A stretch of DNA of 64,000 bases from a bacterium (GCA_014874355.1 JACWAJ010000028.1:489-64488), one strand, 5' to 3'. Positions 8,495 to 18,211 are shown, counted from the stretch's first letter. A program made the numbers and translations. Notes: generated by a model from the letters alone, not told the origin.

Positions 8495-9693
8495 AACGCC
8501 ATCTCAGGTGATGCCGCCACCGGCACACCGCCCCGAAAGACCTCACGAACCCCAAACGCAGAGTCGATGAGGACGATGTCAGCCTGGCAGCCAGGAGCAA
8601 GATGGCCGATGTCATCACGGCCCAAGGCGCGCGCCGGGGTTTCCGCCACCAACTCCACCGCCCGCTCCAAATCCAACAGGCGCACCGCCCTGGCAAAGCT
8701 GGCGGCGATGTCCACAAGACTTCCGGCGAGGGTCTCGCTGCCGGCGACGATGGCGGCGCCGTTGGCGCCTTCGATACGTCGCGTCCCCAGACTGCAGTGA
8801 GAGGCCGGCGCCCCGGCTGTGGCCACGGCGTCAGAGACGATGAAGGCGCGCCGTCCCAGTTGGGCAAGCGCCAGACTCGCGACCGGTTCGACCACGTGAA
8901 CGCCGTCGAGGATCAGGCCGACAAAGAGCCCGTCGAGGAGCATTGCAGCCCCGACCACGCCAGGCTCGCGCTGATGGAGCGGCCGCTGCGCATTGAAGAG
9001 GTGGGTGACCATCGTGGCGCCGGCCGAGCGCGACGCCACGACCTCGGCATAGGTCGCGTCACTGTGTCCCACACTCGCCACCACGCCCCTGGCAGCGAGA
9101 TGGCGGATCACGTCGAAGGCGCCGGGCAGTTCCGGTGCCAACGTCCAGATGGCAATCGGCACGGCTGATTCCGCCAGCAATGTCTCGACCCAGGCGATGT
9201 CGGGCTCGCACAGCGCGGTTGCATCGTGAGCGCCGCGCCGTGACGGTGCTAGGAACGGGCCTTCGAGGTGGGCGCCAAGCAGACGTGGAGTGCAGTGGTT
9301 CTCCCCCACCAGCGCCATGCGGGTCAACGGATTCGAGTAGGCATCCTTGGGTGAACTGACCAGCGTCGGACACCACGCCGTCACGCCACGGCGGAGCAGC
9401 GTTTCCCCAGCACGTACCCAATCGTCAACGCCGGCATGGAGAAAGTCGACGCCGCCAAAACCGTTGACCTGCAGGTCGATGAACCCGGGAACGGCGGTGA
9501 GGCCGGGGTGCTGCGAGACCTCGGCACCAGGCGTTTCACCTACGGACGACGGCATCCCGCAGGCAACGATGCGCCCCCCAAGGGTGAGGATCGAGGCCGG
9601 CTGCCGTACACCGTGCGGCGTGACCGCAGCGCCAACGTCGAGCCGCCGTAGCACCTCGGCAGACCCTTGATCACCGGCAGTCTGTCGCATCAC
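8491..9693 (-). CDS. nagA: N-acetylglucosamine-6-phosphate deacetylase
   Basis: Amidohydrolase fold motifs GFIDLQVNG, HLEGPF, HLFNAQ; typical NagA length. Confidence 0.9.
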   Translation of the reverse strand: MMRQTAGDQGSAEVLRRLDVGAAVTPHGVRQPASILTLGGRIVACGMPSSVGETPGAEVSQHPGLTAVPGFIDLQVNGFGGVDFLHAGVDDWVRAGETLLRRGVTAWCPTLVSSPKDAYSNPLTRMALVGENHCTPRLLGAHLEGPFLAPSRRGAHDATALCEPDIAWVETLLAESAVPIAIWTLAPELPGAFDVIRHLAARGVVASVGHSDATYAEVVASRSAGATMVTHLFNAQRPLHQREPGVVGAAMLLDGLFVGLILDGVHVVEPVASLALAQLGRRAFIVSDAVATAGAPASHCSLGTRRIEGANGAAIVAGSETLAGSLVDIAASFARAVRLLDLERAVELVAETPARALGRDDIGHLAPGCQADIVLIDSAFGVREVFRGGVPVAASPEMAL

Positions 9694-9781
9694 CGCGACA
9701 GACTAGCAGCCTATCCCAGAACGTGTTTTGACCTCCGGCCCGAGCAGGCCGCCGCTCAGACCGCCGACCAGCTCACAGCCC

Positions 9782-9810
9782 GGTGTCTCACACATTGTTG
9801 GCAGAAAGGG
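9782..9810 (+). repeat. 29-bp direct repeat copy A (GGTGTCTCACACATTGTTGGCAGAAAGGG)
   Basis: Exact 29/29 match, and 32/33 when extended, to 13754..13782. Confidence 0.9.
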
Positions 9811-9865
9811 CCCTCCTCTCCACCCACGGCGCAATTAAAGCGTAGGTCATCACAACAGCGCCTGT

Positions 9866-10168
9866 TCAGCGAATGACGCCAGCGTCCTCTTCAGCCTCAA
9901 GCTCGGCAAAGAGATCATCCGCATCGCGAGTGGCGCCCGCAACCAGAGCGGTATCCGCCTCTTGCATGCCACGCGCGTACTCGGGAGCACTGCCCAGGAC
10001 AAAGTCCTCCAACCCGGCCTCGTCGATGGCCACAAGAGCCGCCACTGGACGGCCATTCCTGATCACCAAGGTTGGGTGTCCCGTCTTCTCAACCTCGTCG
10101 AGAACGTCGGCGGTATTCCGTGCCAGGTCGCGAGCATTGACGGTGGTCATGGCATCATTGTCAGACAT
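9866..10168 (-). CDS. Phd/YefM-family antitoxin
   Basis: MTTVNARDLARNTADVLDEVEKTGHPTLVIRNGRPVAALVAIDE, the classic Phd/YefM N-terminus. Confidence 0.7.
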   Translation of the reverse strand: MSDNDAMTTVNARDLARNTADVLDEVEKTGHPTLVIRNGRPVAALVAIDEAGLEDFVLGSAPEYARGMQEADTALVAGATRDADDLFAELEAEEDAGVIR

Positions 10169-10196
10169 TTGCCTGACGCTTGCAAGGACCGTTCGG

Positions 10197-10493
10197 TCAC
10201 AGTTTGCGCACCGCCTTCTCCAGATCCCGCCGATTCACAACCCTGGCGACCAGGAAGCCGGATTCGGCGCCAGACGGCACTTCGCCGGAACTGAGGGCCC
10301 GGTACAGCACGCGCCAGTCCCCCGCCCGCATTCGAAGCCACGGCGCCGCGCCCCGGAGCGCCTTCACATCAAGGTTGGCATCACCTCGACGCAAGCTGGC
10401 GAAGGCTTCGCGAATTCGATTTCGCTCTGGGTGGCTCAGTCCGCGGATGTCCTTCTCTGCAGCGGGAGCGAGCCGCACCGAAACGGTCGTCAT
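10197..10493 (-). CDS. RelE/ParE-family toxin
   Basis: ...AEKDIRGL...RIREAF..L...RMRAGDWRVLYRA...VARVVNRRDLEKA matches the RelE/ParE fold signature. Confidence 0.7.
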   Translation of the reverse strand: MTTVSVRLAPAAEKDIRGLSHPERNRIREAFASLRRGDANLDVKALRGAAPWLRMRAGDWRVLYRALSSGEVPSGAESGFLVARVVNRRDLEKAVRKL

Positions 10494-10693
10494 GGCCGCC
10501 AGCTTGGCATGTACATCGCGGTCCCTGCGTTCGCTCTCTGGCGGTCAGGCCAGCCCTCATCGCCGTAACTTCCGGTTCGCATGAGGCGCCCCCGTTGCTG
10601 CGAATACCCCGACCGGGTCGTCTTGGCCCGGAATCGCGTCCGATCGCATTTTTCGCACCACACAAGACAGCTTCCGGAACACGAGCGGAGACT

Positions 10694-11935
10694 CTACCGG
10701 GCGGAGGGCCAGCTCACAGCCAGGTGCGCTCCGCCGAGTTCGCTCGTGCCAACGATCCAACTGCCGTGGGTGGAACGGACGACGATGTCCGCTATGGCAA
10801 GGCCGAGACCGGCACCCTCCTCGCCACCCGCGGCGCGATGAAAGCGCTCGAAGATGCGGGCGCGATCTTCTGCGGGGATGCCTGGACCGCTGTCATCGAC
10901 AGCCACGGTCACCCGGCCGGATTCCGCGATCACCGACAGGTGGACCCGACCACCTTCCGGCGTGTAGCGGCAGGCGTTGTCGAGCAGGACGCCAAGCAGG
11001 CGGTCGGCCCACTCGGGTGGAGTGACGATGAGCATGGATCCCTCACCAGCCGTTCCGAAGGTCAGCGCGATGTTCTTCTGGGCGGCAACGGGAGTGAAGC
11101 GCTCAGCGGAGTCGTGGGCGAGGGCTGCGATGTCGGTCAACTCCGCACCGGGCGGATCGGGTTTGGCGTCGACTCTCGCGAGCCAGAGCAGCGAGTCGAC
11201 TATGTGTCGGAGGCGACCTCCCTCGTGCCCGATACGCTGCAGGGTGTCGCGATACTCCGCCGGCTTGCGGGTCTTGCCCAGCGCCAGCGATGTCTCGGCT
11301 TCGATCACCGCCACCGGCGTACGCAGTTCGTGCGACGCATCGGCTGTGAAGGCCAGTTGCCGCTGGCGGGCCGCCTCTATCGGTCGGCCTACCTGCCGGC
11401 CGACCACCAGCGCGCCGAGAAGTACGAGCAAACAAAGCGCCGGAACGACAAACAACTCGGTGACGATGAGCGAGGCCATGTCGCGATCGGCAACATCGCG
11501 CGACTGCCCGATGACCACCCAGCGCCCGCCCGGAATTGCCTCTCCTGATATGCGGAAGTTCACTCCGCCAAGTGCGACGTCCGTGGGGCCACTTACGTGC
11601 CTTGCCGCATCTGGCAGGTCGGGAGTATTCGGCGTCCTTGCAAAGATGCTGCCGTCACTGTCTATGACCCACAGCGCCAGCGGCAGGTTGAGCGAGTTCT
11701 GCTCCTGATCGGGGGTGCGACGGGGCATACCCTGACCCATGTCAGTACCGGAGGTTATGAAGTCGAGCCGGGACTGCAGACGGCTGTCGATGCTCTGGAC
11801 CGCATTGCGCATCACCACTACATCGATGACGACCGCGGCAACAACCAGTGTCATCGCCATGACGGCGGTGGCCAGCAGTGCCACGCGCACGGTATGCGCC
11901 GCCAGCGAGCCTCGATGTTGTCGCTGCCGCCTCAC
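10694..11935 (-). CDS. sensor histidine kinase (2 TM, HAMP-like, HisKA, HATPase)
   Basis: H-box ASHELRTP; N/G boxes (DDSGPGIP, GAGLGLAI). GTG start at 11933-11935 overlaps the stop of the regulator (GTGA). Confidence 0.8.
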   Translation of the reverse strand: MRRQRQHRGSLAAHTVRVALLATAVMAMTLVVAAVVIDVVVMRNAVQSIDSRLQSRLDFITSGTDMGQGMPRRTPDQEQNSLNLPLALWVIDSDGSIFARTPNTPDLPDAARHVSGPTDVALGGVNFRISGEAIPGGRWVVIGQSRDVADRDMASLIVTELFVVPALCLLVLLGALVVGRQVGRPIEAARQRQLAFTADASHELRTPVAVIEAETSLALGKTRKPAEYRDTLQRIGHEGGRLRHIVDSLLWLARVDAKPDPPGAELTDIAALAHDSAERFTPVAAQKNIALTFGTAGEGSMLIVTPPEWADRLLGVLLDNACRYTPEGGRVHLSVIAESGRVTVAVDDSGPGIPAEDRARIFERFHRAAGGEEGAGLGLAIADIVVRSTHGSWIVGTSELGGAHLAVSWPSAR

Positions 11936-12600
11936 TCCGGCACCAGCCGAAAGCCGCTGCCACGCACGGTGACGATACGCACCCGCGCACCCACCAGCTT
12001 GGCGCGAAGTCGAGCCATGTGGACGTCGATGGCGTTGGAACCCAGCGGTTCGAGATCGTCTACCCAGACATGGTCCGCAACGGCCCGCCGCGAGGTCAGA
12101 TTCGGCGAATCGTGCAGCAGCAGCTCGAGGATGCGCCGCTGAGTGGCGGTCACCGGCAGTGGCTTGTCGTCGACGTAGATTTCCTGCGTGCCCGGGTCGA
12201 AACTGAGGCCCCCGCAGCAAAGGATGGGACTGCCGCCGTCGCGAGGGCGCCGCAAGAGAGCACGCACTCGCGCCAGCAGTTCATCGAGATCGAAGGGCTT
12301 GACAAGGTAGTCGTCGGCGCCGCTGTCCAGCCCCAGGACACGATCGGCCGAGGTGTCTCGCGCAGTCAGCATGAGCAGAGGCAACGACTTGCCCGACTTG
12401 CGAACCGCCATCACCACGTCGAGGCCGCTACGTTTGGGCATTCGCCAGTCGAGAACGGCCAGCGCGTAGTCGTGCTCGCCGATCTGGAGCAGCGCCTCCG
12501 CCCCATCGGCGACGGCATCGACCACGTAGCCTTGCTCGGTGAGCGCCTTGGCCAAGACAAAGCGCAAGCCGCGATCGTCCTCAGCTAGCAGCAGTCGCAT
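11932..12600 (-). CDS. OmpR-family response regulator
   Basis: Receiver LLAEDD...D...MLTARD, K; winged helix C-terminus (RVRIVTVRGSGFRL). Confidence 0.85.
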   Translation of the reverse strand: MRLLLAEDDRGLRFVLAKALTEQGYVVDAVADGAEALLQIGEHDYALAVLDWRMPKRSGLDVVMAVRKSGKSLPLLMLTARDTSADRVLGLDSGADDYLVKPFDLDELLARVRALLRRPRDGGSPILCCGGLSFDPGTQEIYVDDKPLPVTATQRRILELLLHDSPNLTSRRAVADHVWVDDLEPLGSNAIDVHMARLRAKLVGARVRIVTVRGSGFRLVPE

Positions 12601-12703
12601 AGTGCAAGCCTCGCACTCCACCGCCCTCGGGCGTCCGCGGACGATGTCTCACGATCAAGACTTTGGCACGGTCAACCTTGCGCGATCGTGAAGCAGCATA
12701 ATC

Positions 12704-13153
12704 TTGGCCCAAATGAGCACCATTCAGGAAGAGGTCACCATCAAGGCCCCCGCCGGCTCGGTCTGGACGGTCGTCCACGAGGAGATGGAGAACTGGCCCC
12801 TATGGTCCACCCATCTGCGTAGCGCCGAGGTCGTTGGCGGCGGCAAGCCCCGAAAAGGCTCGCGTCTACGCTACGCATTCATGCTCCCCGGCGGTAAGGA
12901 AATCGGGATCGAGATGCTGCAGACCGTATTCGAACGTCCGGTTCGGTGTGCCGGTGAGGTCGTCAAGGGTCCGATCAGCGGCACGTGGTCGTGGGACTAC
13001 CGCGAATCCCGCGGCAAAACCCGGCTCCGCTACACGATGGAGATGAAATTGGGTGGCGTCCTTCGCTTGGCAGGCGGCGTCATCACCGACCAGTATGCAA
13101 AGTCGATGCAAGACACCCTGCTAGCCCTCAAGGAATACGTCGAGAGCCGCTGA
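12704..13153 (+). CDS. SRPBCC (START/Bet v1/polyketide cyclase-like) family protein
   Basis: Pattern typical of SRPBCC ligand-binding proteins (TIKAPAGSVWTVVHE...W). Confidence 0.65.
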   Translation: MAQMSTIQEEVTIKAPAGSVWTVVHEEMENWPLWSTHLRSAEVVGGGKPRKGSRLRYAFMLPGGKEIGIEMLQTVFERPVRCAGEVVKGPISGTWSWDYRESRGKTRLRYTMEMKLGGVLRLAGGVITDQYAKSMQDTLLALKEYVESR

Positions 13154-13154
13154 C

Positions 13155-13421
13155 GTGCCCATTCCCATCCGTCCGGCCCTGGTCGAGGATGCCGCATCGA
13201 TCGCGGAAGCCTACGTCGATGCCTGCTGCTGGCGACCGGGCCAACGCCGCCAGACCCTAGCCGAGATCGAGGCTGAGGACAAACGCAACGCCAGATATTT
13301 CATGCAATGGGGTCATGTCACCGGAGATACGGGCGTTATTGCCAAGAGCGATGACATCGTCAGTCGAGATCGTCGGACTGGGAGTTGGCGGCTTCGATAT
13401 CGGCGTCCGACGGACCGATGA
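13155..13421 (+). pseudogene. possible GNAT acetyltransferase N-terminal fragment
   Basis: Only the first 45 or so residues (MPIPIRPALVEDAASIAEAYVDA) look GNAT-like. The rest is not protein-like and overlaps a minus-strand ORF. Confidence 0.25.
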
Positions 13422-13629
13422 TGCCCCGGTCGGGGTCGGTGAACACCGTACGGCTGGCACCCAATCCATAGAGATCGTTCAAGGGCTCGTACGGCGGGCG
13501 ATATGGCTCCGAATCCTCGTCTTGATCGGTATCACCGCGCCGGCGCTGCTGCATGTCGTGAGCGATATACGCGACCACCGCGAAAAACACCCCGACGACC
13601 AACAACCGCAGATCCATAACGCGGGTCAA
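13360..13629 (-). CDS. small membrane protein with acidic tail (hypothetical)
   Basis: One transmembrane segment LRLLVVGVFFAVVAYIAH, then a D/E-rich tail. Confidence 0.3.
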   Translation of the reverse strand: MTRVMDLRLLVVGVFFAVVAYIAHDMQQRRRGDTDQDEDSEPYRPPYEPLNDLYGLGASRTVFTDPDRGIIGPSDADIEAANSQSDDLD

Positions 13630-13638
13630 TGGTAGGGC

Positions 13639-13753
13639 GTGCGAGGAGTATGGGGAGAAGTCAGAGTGGGTCAGCGTGCGGATCTACTGGTAGTCGCCCG
13701 CAATCCGCTCGAGAACATTGCCGCACTACGCCAACCCGAGCACGTCGTGGCCA
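13639..13753 (+). pseudogene. 3' fragment of an amidohydrolase-superfamily gene, cut off at the repeat
   Basis: GQRADLLVVARNPLENIAALRQPEHVV is the typical C-terminus of an amidohydrolase. The reading frame degenerates exactly where repeat copy B starts. Confidence 0.4.
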
Positions 13754-13782
13754 GGTGTCTCACACATTGTTGGCAGAAAGGG
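13754..13782 (+). repeat. 29-bp direct repeat copy B
   Basis: Identical to 9782..9810. Confidence 0.9.
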
Positions 13783-13838
13783 TCTCGCCGGTCAGCGACT
13801 CAAGCGCCTATTGAAAGCGCCGGGCTAGAGTCGGGACT

Positions 13839-14270
13839 GTGAACAAACGCAGTGCGCCCATGACCCAGATTGGTGAGGCTCCACCCACCCAATTCCTCTG
13901 CGAACTGTCGTCCTTTGGATTCAAGTACGGGATGCCTGTCGCGAATTGGGTCGTGGACGTACGTTTTCTCCCCAACCCCTTCTGGGTGCCGGAATTGAGG
14001 AAGCTGACGGGCCTCGATCACCCGGCCCGCGACTACGTCCTGGACGCTGCCGAAACTCAGGAATTCCTGGCACGGATGAGTGACTTCTTCGCTTGGACCA
14101 TGCGGCAATGTATCGAGAAGGAGCACACCTCGCTCCAGATTGCGGTGGGATGCACCGGGGGGCGTCATCGCTCGGTCGCGGTGGCCACTGCGCTGGGGGA
14201 GCGGCTGGTTCAGGCCGGGTTCGATGTCGAAGTGCACCATCGCGATGTCGAGCGTTCCGACCCACGTTGA
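13839..14270 (+). CDS. RapZ (YvcJ/YhbJ) C-terminal domain only
   Basis: FGFKYGMPV...DVRFLPNPFWVPELRKLTGLD...LQIAVGCTGGRHRSVAVA matches the RapZ C-terminal RNA-binding domain. The N-terminal P-loop domain is absent. Confidence 0.8.
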   Translation: MNKRSAPMTQIGEAPPTQFLCELSSFGFKYGMPVANWVVDVRFLPNPFWVPELRKLTGLDHPARDYVLDAAETQEFLARMSDFFAWTMRQCIEKEHTSLQIAVGCTGGRHRSVAVATALGERLVQAGFDVEVHHRDVERSDPR

Positions 14271-14273
14271 GCG

Positions 14274-15110
14274 ATGAACACAGGATCCTTCACCGAACGC
14301 ATCCTTACAGAGTTGGCTCCATATCCTCCCCTGATGCCGTGTTGCCGCGCGGCTCTGGTGGAAGGGATGCGCCTGACCGGTGATGGCGACATAGTGACGT
14401 CGCGTCTGGTTGCGGCGCGCGCCGCACTGAATACGCTGCATGTGAGCGGCATATCTGCCCATGTGGAACGCCGGGTGATGCCACGCCAGGTGCACTACCG
14501 GGTCTCGATCGCCGGCGGAGAAGACGTGGGTGAGGCCTCGGAACAGCCGTGTTGCAGCCGCTCACGGTTGCGGGGCGCATTTCTGGCGGCGGGTCGTGCC
14601 AACCGTCCCGAAGTCGCCCCCCATATCGAGATCGACTGCCGCACCGAGGCGGGAGCGTGCCGGCTCGCCGCCGATGCGGCGGCGCTGGGTATCGTGGCTC
14701 ACGTGGCATGGCGTCGCGGGCGTGCGCTGGTACTGGTGCGAGCTACGGATTCGGTGGCGGCACTGCTCAGTTCCATCGGCGCGCAGGGTGGCCGTCTCGA
14801 TTTCGAGACCGGTCGTGTCGTCCACGACGTGCGCAACCAGGTCAACCGCCGGCTCAACGGCGAAACCGCCAATCTACGCCGCTTGGTCGGTGCCGGAGTT
14901 CGGCAGGCGGCGGTGGCGCAGGCGTTGCTCGGCGACGAGACGCGCTTTGCAAGCCTGCCACCGGCGCTCCGTGAGGCTGCCGAGTTGAGGCTCAGGTTCC
15001 CCGCGGAGTCCTTGGCACATCTGGCTCGCGAGGCCGGATGCAGCCGGTCGGCCATGGCCGGACGCCTGCATCGCCTGGTTGAGGGTTATGCCGTCACTCA
15101 AAGCGTGTAA
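14274..15110 (+). CDS. whiA: WhiA-family DNA-binding sporulation/cell-division regulator
   Basis: N-terminal SFTERILTEL...CCRAALVEG and C-terminal HTH (LAREAGCSRSAMAGRLHRLVE). It sits upstream of gap-pgk-tpi, as in actinobacteria. Confidence 0.75.
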   Translation: MNTGSFTERILTELAPYPPLMPCCRAALVEGMRLTGDGDIVTSRLVAARAALNTLHVSGISAHVERRVMPRQVHYRVSIAGGEDVGEASEQPCCSRSRLRGAFLAAGRANRPEVAPHIEIDCRTEAGACRLAADAAALGIVAHVAWRRGRALVLVRATDSVAALLSSIGAQGGRLDFETGRVVHDVRNQVNRRLNGETANLRRLVGAGVRQAAVAQALLGDETRFASLPPALREAAELRLRFPAESLAHLAREAGCSRSAMAGRLHRLVEGYAVTQSV

Positions 15111-15228
15111 TCACTTAGCAAAGACGTGATCGGGCTATCGGTTGATACCCTCAGTCGGGCTGAGTGACGCACTCCCGTGCCCGCGTGCGATCGAGTTTTG
15201 ATGAGCGTCTTTGAGAGGATTACGAGTC

Positions 15229-16236
15229 ATGGGTATCAAGGTCGGAATCAACGGCTTCGGTCGTATCGGTCGCAATGTTCTTCGGGCAGTCAAGTCCAGC
15301 GGTGCCGACGTCGACATCGTGGCCGTCAATGACCTCACGAGTCCATCGACGCTGGCACATTTGCTAAAGCACGACACGATCCTCGGCGCCTTCCCCGGTG
15401 AAGTGCATGTCGATGGCGAGGCGCTTGTGGTGGACAGCAAGAAGATTCAGGTGCTCTCCGAGCGGGACTCGCAGCGCCTGCCTTGGGGTGACCTCGGTGT
15501 CGACATCGTGGTCGAGTCGACCGGACTGTTCACCAAAGCGGAGAAGGCGAGGGGTCATATCGACGCCGGTGCACGCAAGGTGATCATTTCGGCGCCTGCC
15601 AAGGGCGAGGACCTCACCGTGGTCATGGGGGTCAACCACAACGCGTACAACCCTGCTCTGCACCACATCGTGAGCAATGCGTCGTGCACGACTAACTGCC
15701 TTGCACCGGTGGCCAAGGTGTTGCACGAAGCGTTTGGGATCGAAACCGGTTTCATGACGACGGTCCATGCGTACACCAACGACCAGGTGATTCTCGATGC
15801 GCCGCACAAGGATCTGCGCCGTGCCCGCGCCGCCGCTCAGGCGATCATTCCGACGACAACGGGAGCCGCCAAGGCGGTCTCTCTGGTACTGCCGGAACTC
15901 GCCGGCAAGTTCAACGGTTTGGCGTTGCGAGTGCCCGTTCCCGATGTTTCACTGGTGGACCTCACCGCCACGCTTTCCAAGCCGGTGACGATCGAGGCAA
16001 TCAACTCCAAGATGAAAGAGGCTGCCGAAGGCTCGCTCGCCGGGATCCTCGAGTTCTGCGATGAGCCGTTGGTTTCCTCCGACTTCATGGGGAACAGTCA
16101 CAGCGCCATTTTCGATGCACTTTCGACGATGGTTCTCGGTGACCGCACCGCCAAGGTCCTGGTTTGGTACGACAACGAGTGGGCTTACTCTTGCCGCGTC
16201 GTCGATCTCATCAAGCTCATGGGTGCACGGCTGTGA
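15229..16236 (+). CDS. gap: glyceraldehyde-3-phosphate dehydrogenase
   Basis: [10 protein letters not shown] and SCTTNCLAP motifs; RBS GAGAGGA upstream of the ATG at 15229. Confidence 0.95.
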   Translation: MGIKVGINGFGRIGRNVLRAVKSSGADVDIVAVNDLTSPSTLAHLLKHDTILGAFPGEVHVDGEALVVDSKKIQVLSERDSQRLPWGDLGVDIVVESTGLFTKAEKARGHIDAGARKVIISAPAKGEDLTVVMGVNHNAYNPALHHIVSNASCTTNCLAPVAKVLHEAFGIETGFMTTVHAYTNDQVILDAPHKDLRRARAAAQAIIPTTTGAAKAVSLVLPELAGKFNGLALRVPVPDVSLVDLTATLSKPVTIEAINSKMKEAAEGSLAGILEFCDEPLVSSDFMGNSHSAIFDALSTMVLGDRTAKVLVWYDNEWAYSCRVVDLIKLMGARL

Positions 16237-17435
16237 CCAATGTCGGGACGCGCTTGCCGGCCACCATCGACGATGTCGAGGTGGCCGGCAAGCGCGTGTT
16301 GTTGAGGGTCGACTTCAACGTCCCCATGCGAGACGGGCGGATCGTCGACGACAGGCGTATTCGCGTTGCGCTGCCAACGATCAAGGCGCTTTCCAAGCGA
16401 GGCGCTCGGGTCTTGGTTTGCACGCACCTCGGCCGGCCCAAGCATGGACCGGAAGCCGCGTTCAGTACTCGGCCTTTGGCCGCACACCTGGCCTTGCTGC
16501 TCGACGCCGAGGTTGGGTTTGCCGCCGATGTCGTCGGTGGCGAGGCGGAGGCGTTGAGCCACAAGCTTCGCGACGGCGAAGTGGGGATGCTCGAAAACGT
16601 CCGCTTCGAAGCGGGGGAAACCGCCAACAGCGGTGAACTCGCCGGCAAGCTCGCCCGGCTTGCCGATATCTACTGTGACGATGCGTTCGGTGCCGCGCAC
16701 CGCGCTCACGCCTCCACCGAAGGGGTGGCGCACCGGATTCCCGCGGTGGCCGGCTACTTGATGGCGCGTGAACTCGACGTTCTTGGCGGTGTGTTTGCGA
16801 ACCCGGCGCGACCTGTTGTGGGGGTTATTGGCGGCGCCAAGATCTCGACCAAGCTCGGTGTCATAACCAATTTGCTCGACAAAGTCGACATCCTCTGGAT
16901 CGGTGGCGCCATGGCGTGCACCTTCTACCGCGCGTTGGGTGAGACGACGGGCACATCGCTGGTCGAGGCAGACCAGATTGCGGTTGCCGGTCCGCTGTTC
17001 CATGAGGCACAACGGCATCGGGCCGATCTGCGTCTGCCGGTCGACCTTGTCGTAGCGGCGAGTGCCGAGAAGGGTGCGCCAACTCGTGTCGTGTCGTGGC
17101 ACGAGATTCCCGATGACATGATGGTGGTGGACGTGGGCCCTGAGACGGTCAGGCAGATGTCGGCTACGTGCTATGGCGCGGGTACGGTCATCTGGAACGG
17201 GCCGCTTGGCATCTACGAGATAGACGACTTCGCCGTGGGCACGCGAAAGCTTGCCGAAGCGATAGCGCGTAGCGATGCAATGTCGGTGATTGGGGGTGGC
17301 GACCTCGCCGCAGCCGTCGAAACCGCCGGCGTTGCAGACAAAATTGGCCATATCAGTACGGGCGGTGGTGCCACACTTGAATTCATGGAAGGTAAGACGT
17401 TGCCCGGCGTCGCCGTGTTACGGGGGGATTCATAG
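16233..17435 (+). CDS. pgk: phosphoglycerate kinase
   Basis: RVDFNVP and HLGRP motifs; GTG start overlaps the gap stop (GTGA). Confidence 0.95.
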   Translation: MTNVGTRLPATIDDVEVAGKRVLLRVDFNVPMRDGRIVDDRRIRVALPTIKALSKRGARVLVCTHLGRPKHGPEAAFSTRPLAAHLALLLDAEVGFAADVVGGEAEALSHKLRDGEVGMLENVRFEAGETANSGELAGKLARLADIYCDDAFGAAHRAHASTEGVAHRIPAVAGYLMARELDVLGGVFANPARPVVGVIGGAKISTKLGVITNLLDKVDILWIGGAMACTFYRALGETTGTSLVEADQIAVAGPLFHEAQRHRADLRLPVDLVVAASAEKGAPTRVVSWHEIPDDMMVVDVGPETVRQMSATCYGAGTVIWNGPLGIYEIDDFAVGTRKLAEAIARSDAMSVIGGGDLAAAVETAGVADKIGHISTGGGATLEFMEGKTLPGVAVLRGDS

Positions 17436-17437
17436 AT

Positions 17438-18211
17438 ATGACATCGAGAAAGCCGTTGGTGGTGGGAAACTGGAAGATGAACACCACCGTTCCCGAAGGG
17501 GTGGACTTGGCGCGCGCAGTTGCTGCGGCCACGCATTTCGACAGCATCGAGGTTGGCGTGCTGCCACCGTTCACCCACCTGTGGCTGGTGGCCCAGGCGC
17601 TCACTGAAACGCATGTCGGTGTGGGCGCGCAGAATCTCTACTGGGAAGAGAAGGGGGCCTTCACGGGTGAGATCTCGCCGGCGATGTTGCGCGGCTGGTG
17701 CCGTTTTGTCCTGGTAGGCCACTCCGAACGTAGGCACGTATTTGGCGAAACCGATCAAGACGTCAATCGCAAGCTGCATGCCGCGCTGCGCCACCAACTG
17801 CGGGTTATCGTCGCGGTCGGTGAGACCGAAGCGGAGCGTGATGCCGGCACCACCGTGACCGTTGTGAACCGTCAGCTCGATGCCGGTTTTGCGGCCGTGG
17901 ACGTGCGCGATCTCGCCCGGATCGACGTTGCCTACGAACCGGTGTGGGCAATTGGCACGGGCAAGACGGCAACTCCCGCCGAGGCTCAGGATGTCTGCGC
18001 ACAGGTGCGCTGCCGGCTCACAGAGCATTTCGGTACACCGGGGGCTGATGTGCGCGTGCTGTACGGTGGCAGCGTCACCGCCGCCAATGCCGTACAACTA
18101 TTCGGCCAGGCCGACATAGATGGTGGCCTGATCGGCGGTGCCAGTCTCAAGGTCGCCGATTTTGCGGCGATCGTTGCGGCGGCAAAGCAGCCGGCGGGAC
18201 GGATGGGGTGA
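17438..18211 (+). CDS. tpiA: triosephosphate isomerase
   Basis: VVGNWKMN, LVGHSERR, AYEPVWAIGTGKTA. Confidence 0.95.
   Translation: MTSRKPLVVGNWKMNTTVPEGVDLARAVAAATHFDSIEVGVLPPFTHLWLVAQALTETHVGVGAQNLYWEEKGAFTGEISPAMLRGWCRFVLVGHSERRHVFGETDQDVNRKLHAALRHQLRVIVAVGETEAERDAGTTVTVVNRQLDAGFAAVDVRDLARIDVAYEPVWAIGTGKTATPAEAQDVCAQVRCRLTEHFGTPGADVRVLYGGSVTAANAVQLFGQADIDGGLIGGASLKVADFAAIVAAAKQPAGRMG

Noticed and set aside
9762-9779. 17/18-nt similarity (CCAGCTCACAGCCNGGTG) between the nagA upstream region and the 3' end of the histidine-kinase gene at 10710
   Set aside because: At this length, with one mismatch, several such matches are expected by chance in 64 kb of GC-biased sequence. The second copy is inside coding sequence.
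9798-9815. Possible sigma-54 -24/-12 promoter (TGGCAG-N5-GCC) inside the 29-bp repeat
   Set aside because: The spacing and the -12 GC are off by one in copy A and absent in copy B. There is no supporting evidence for sigma-54 here.
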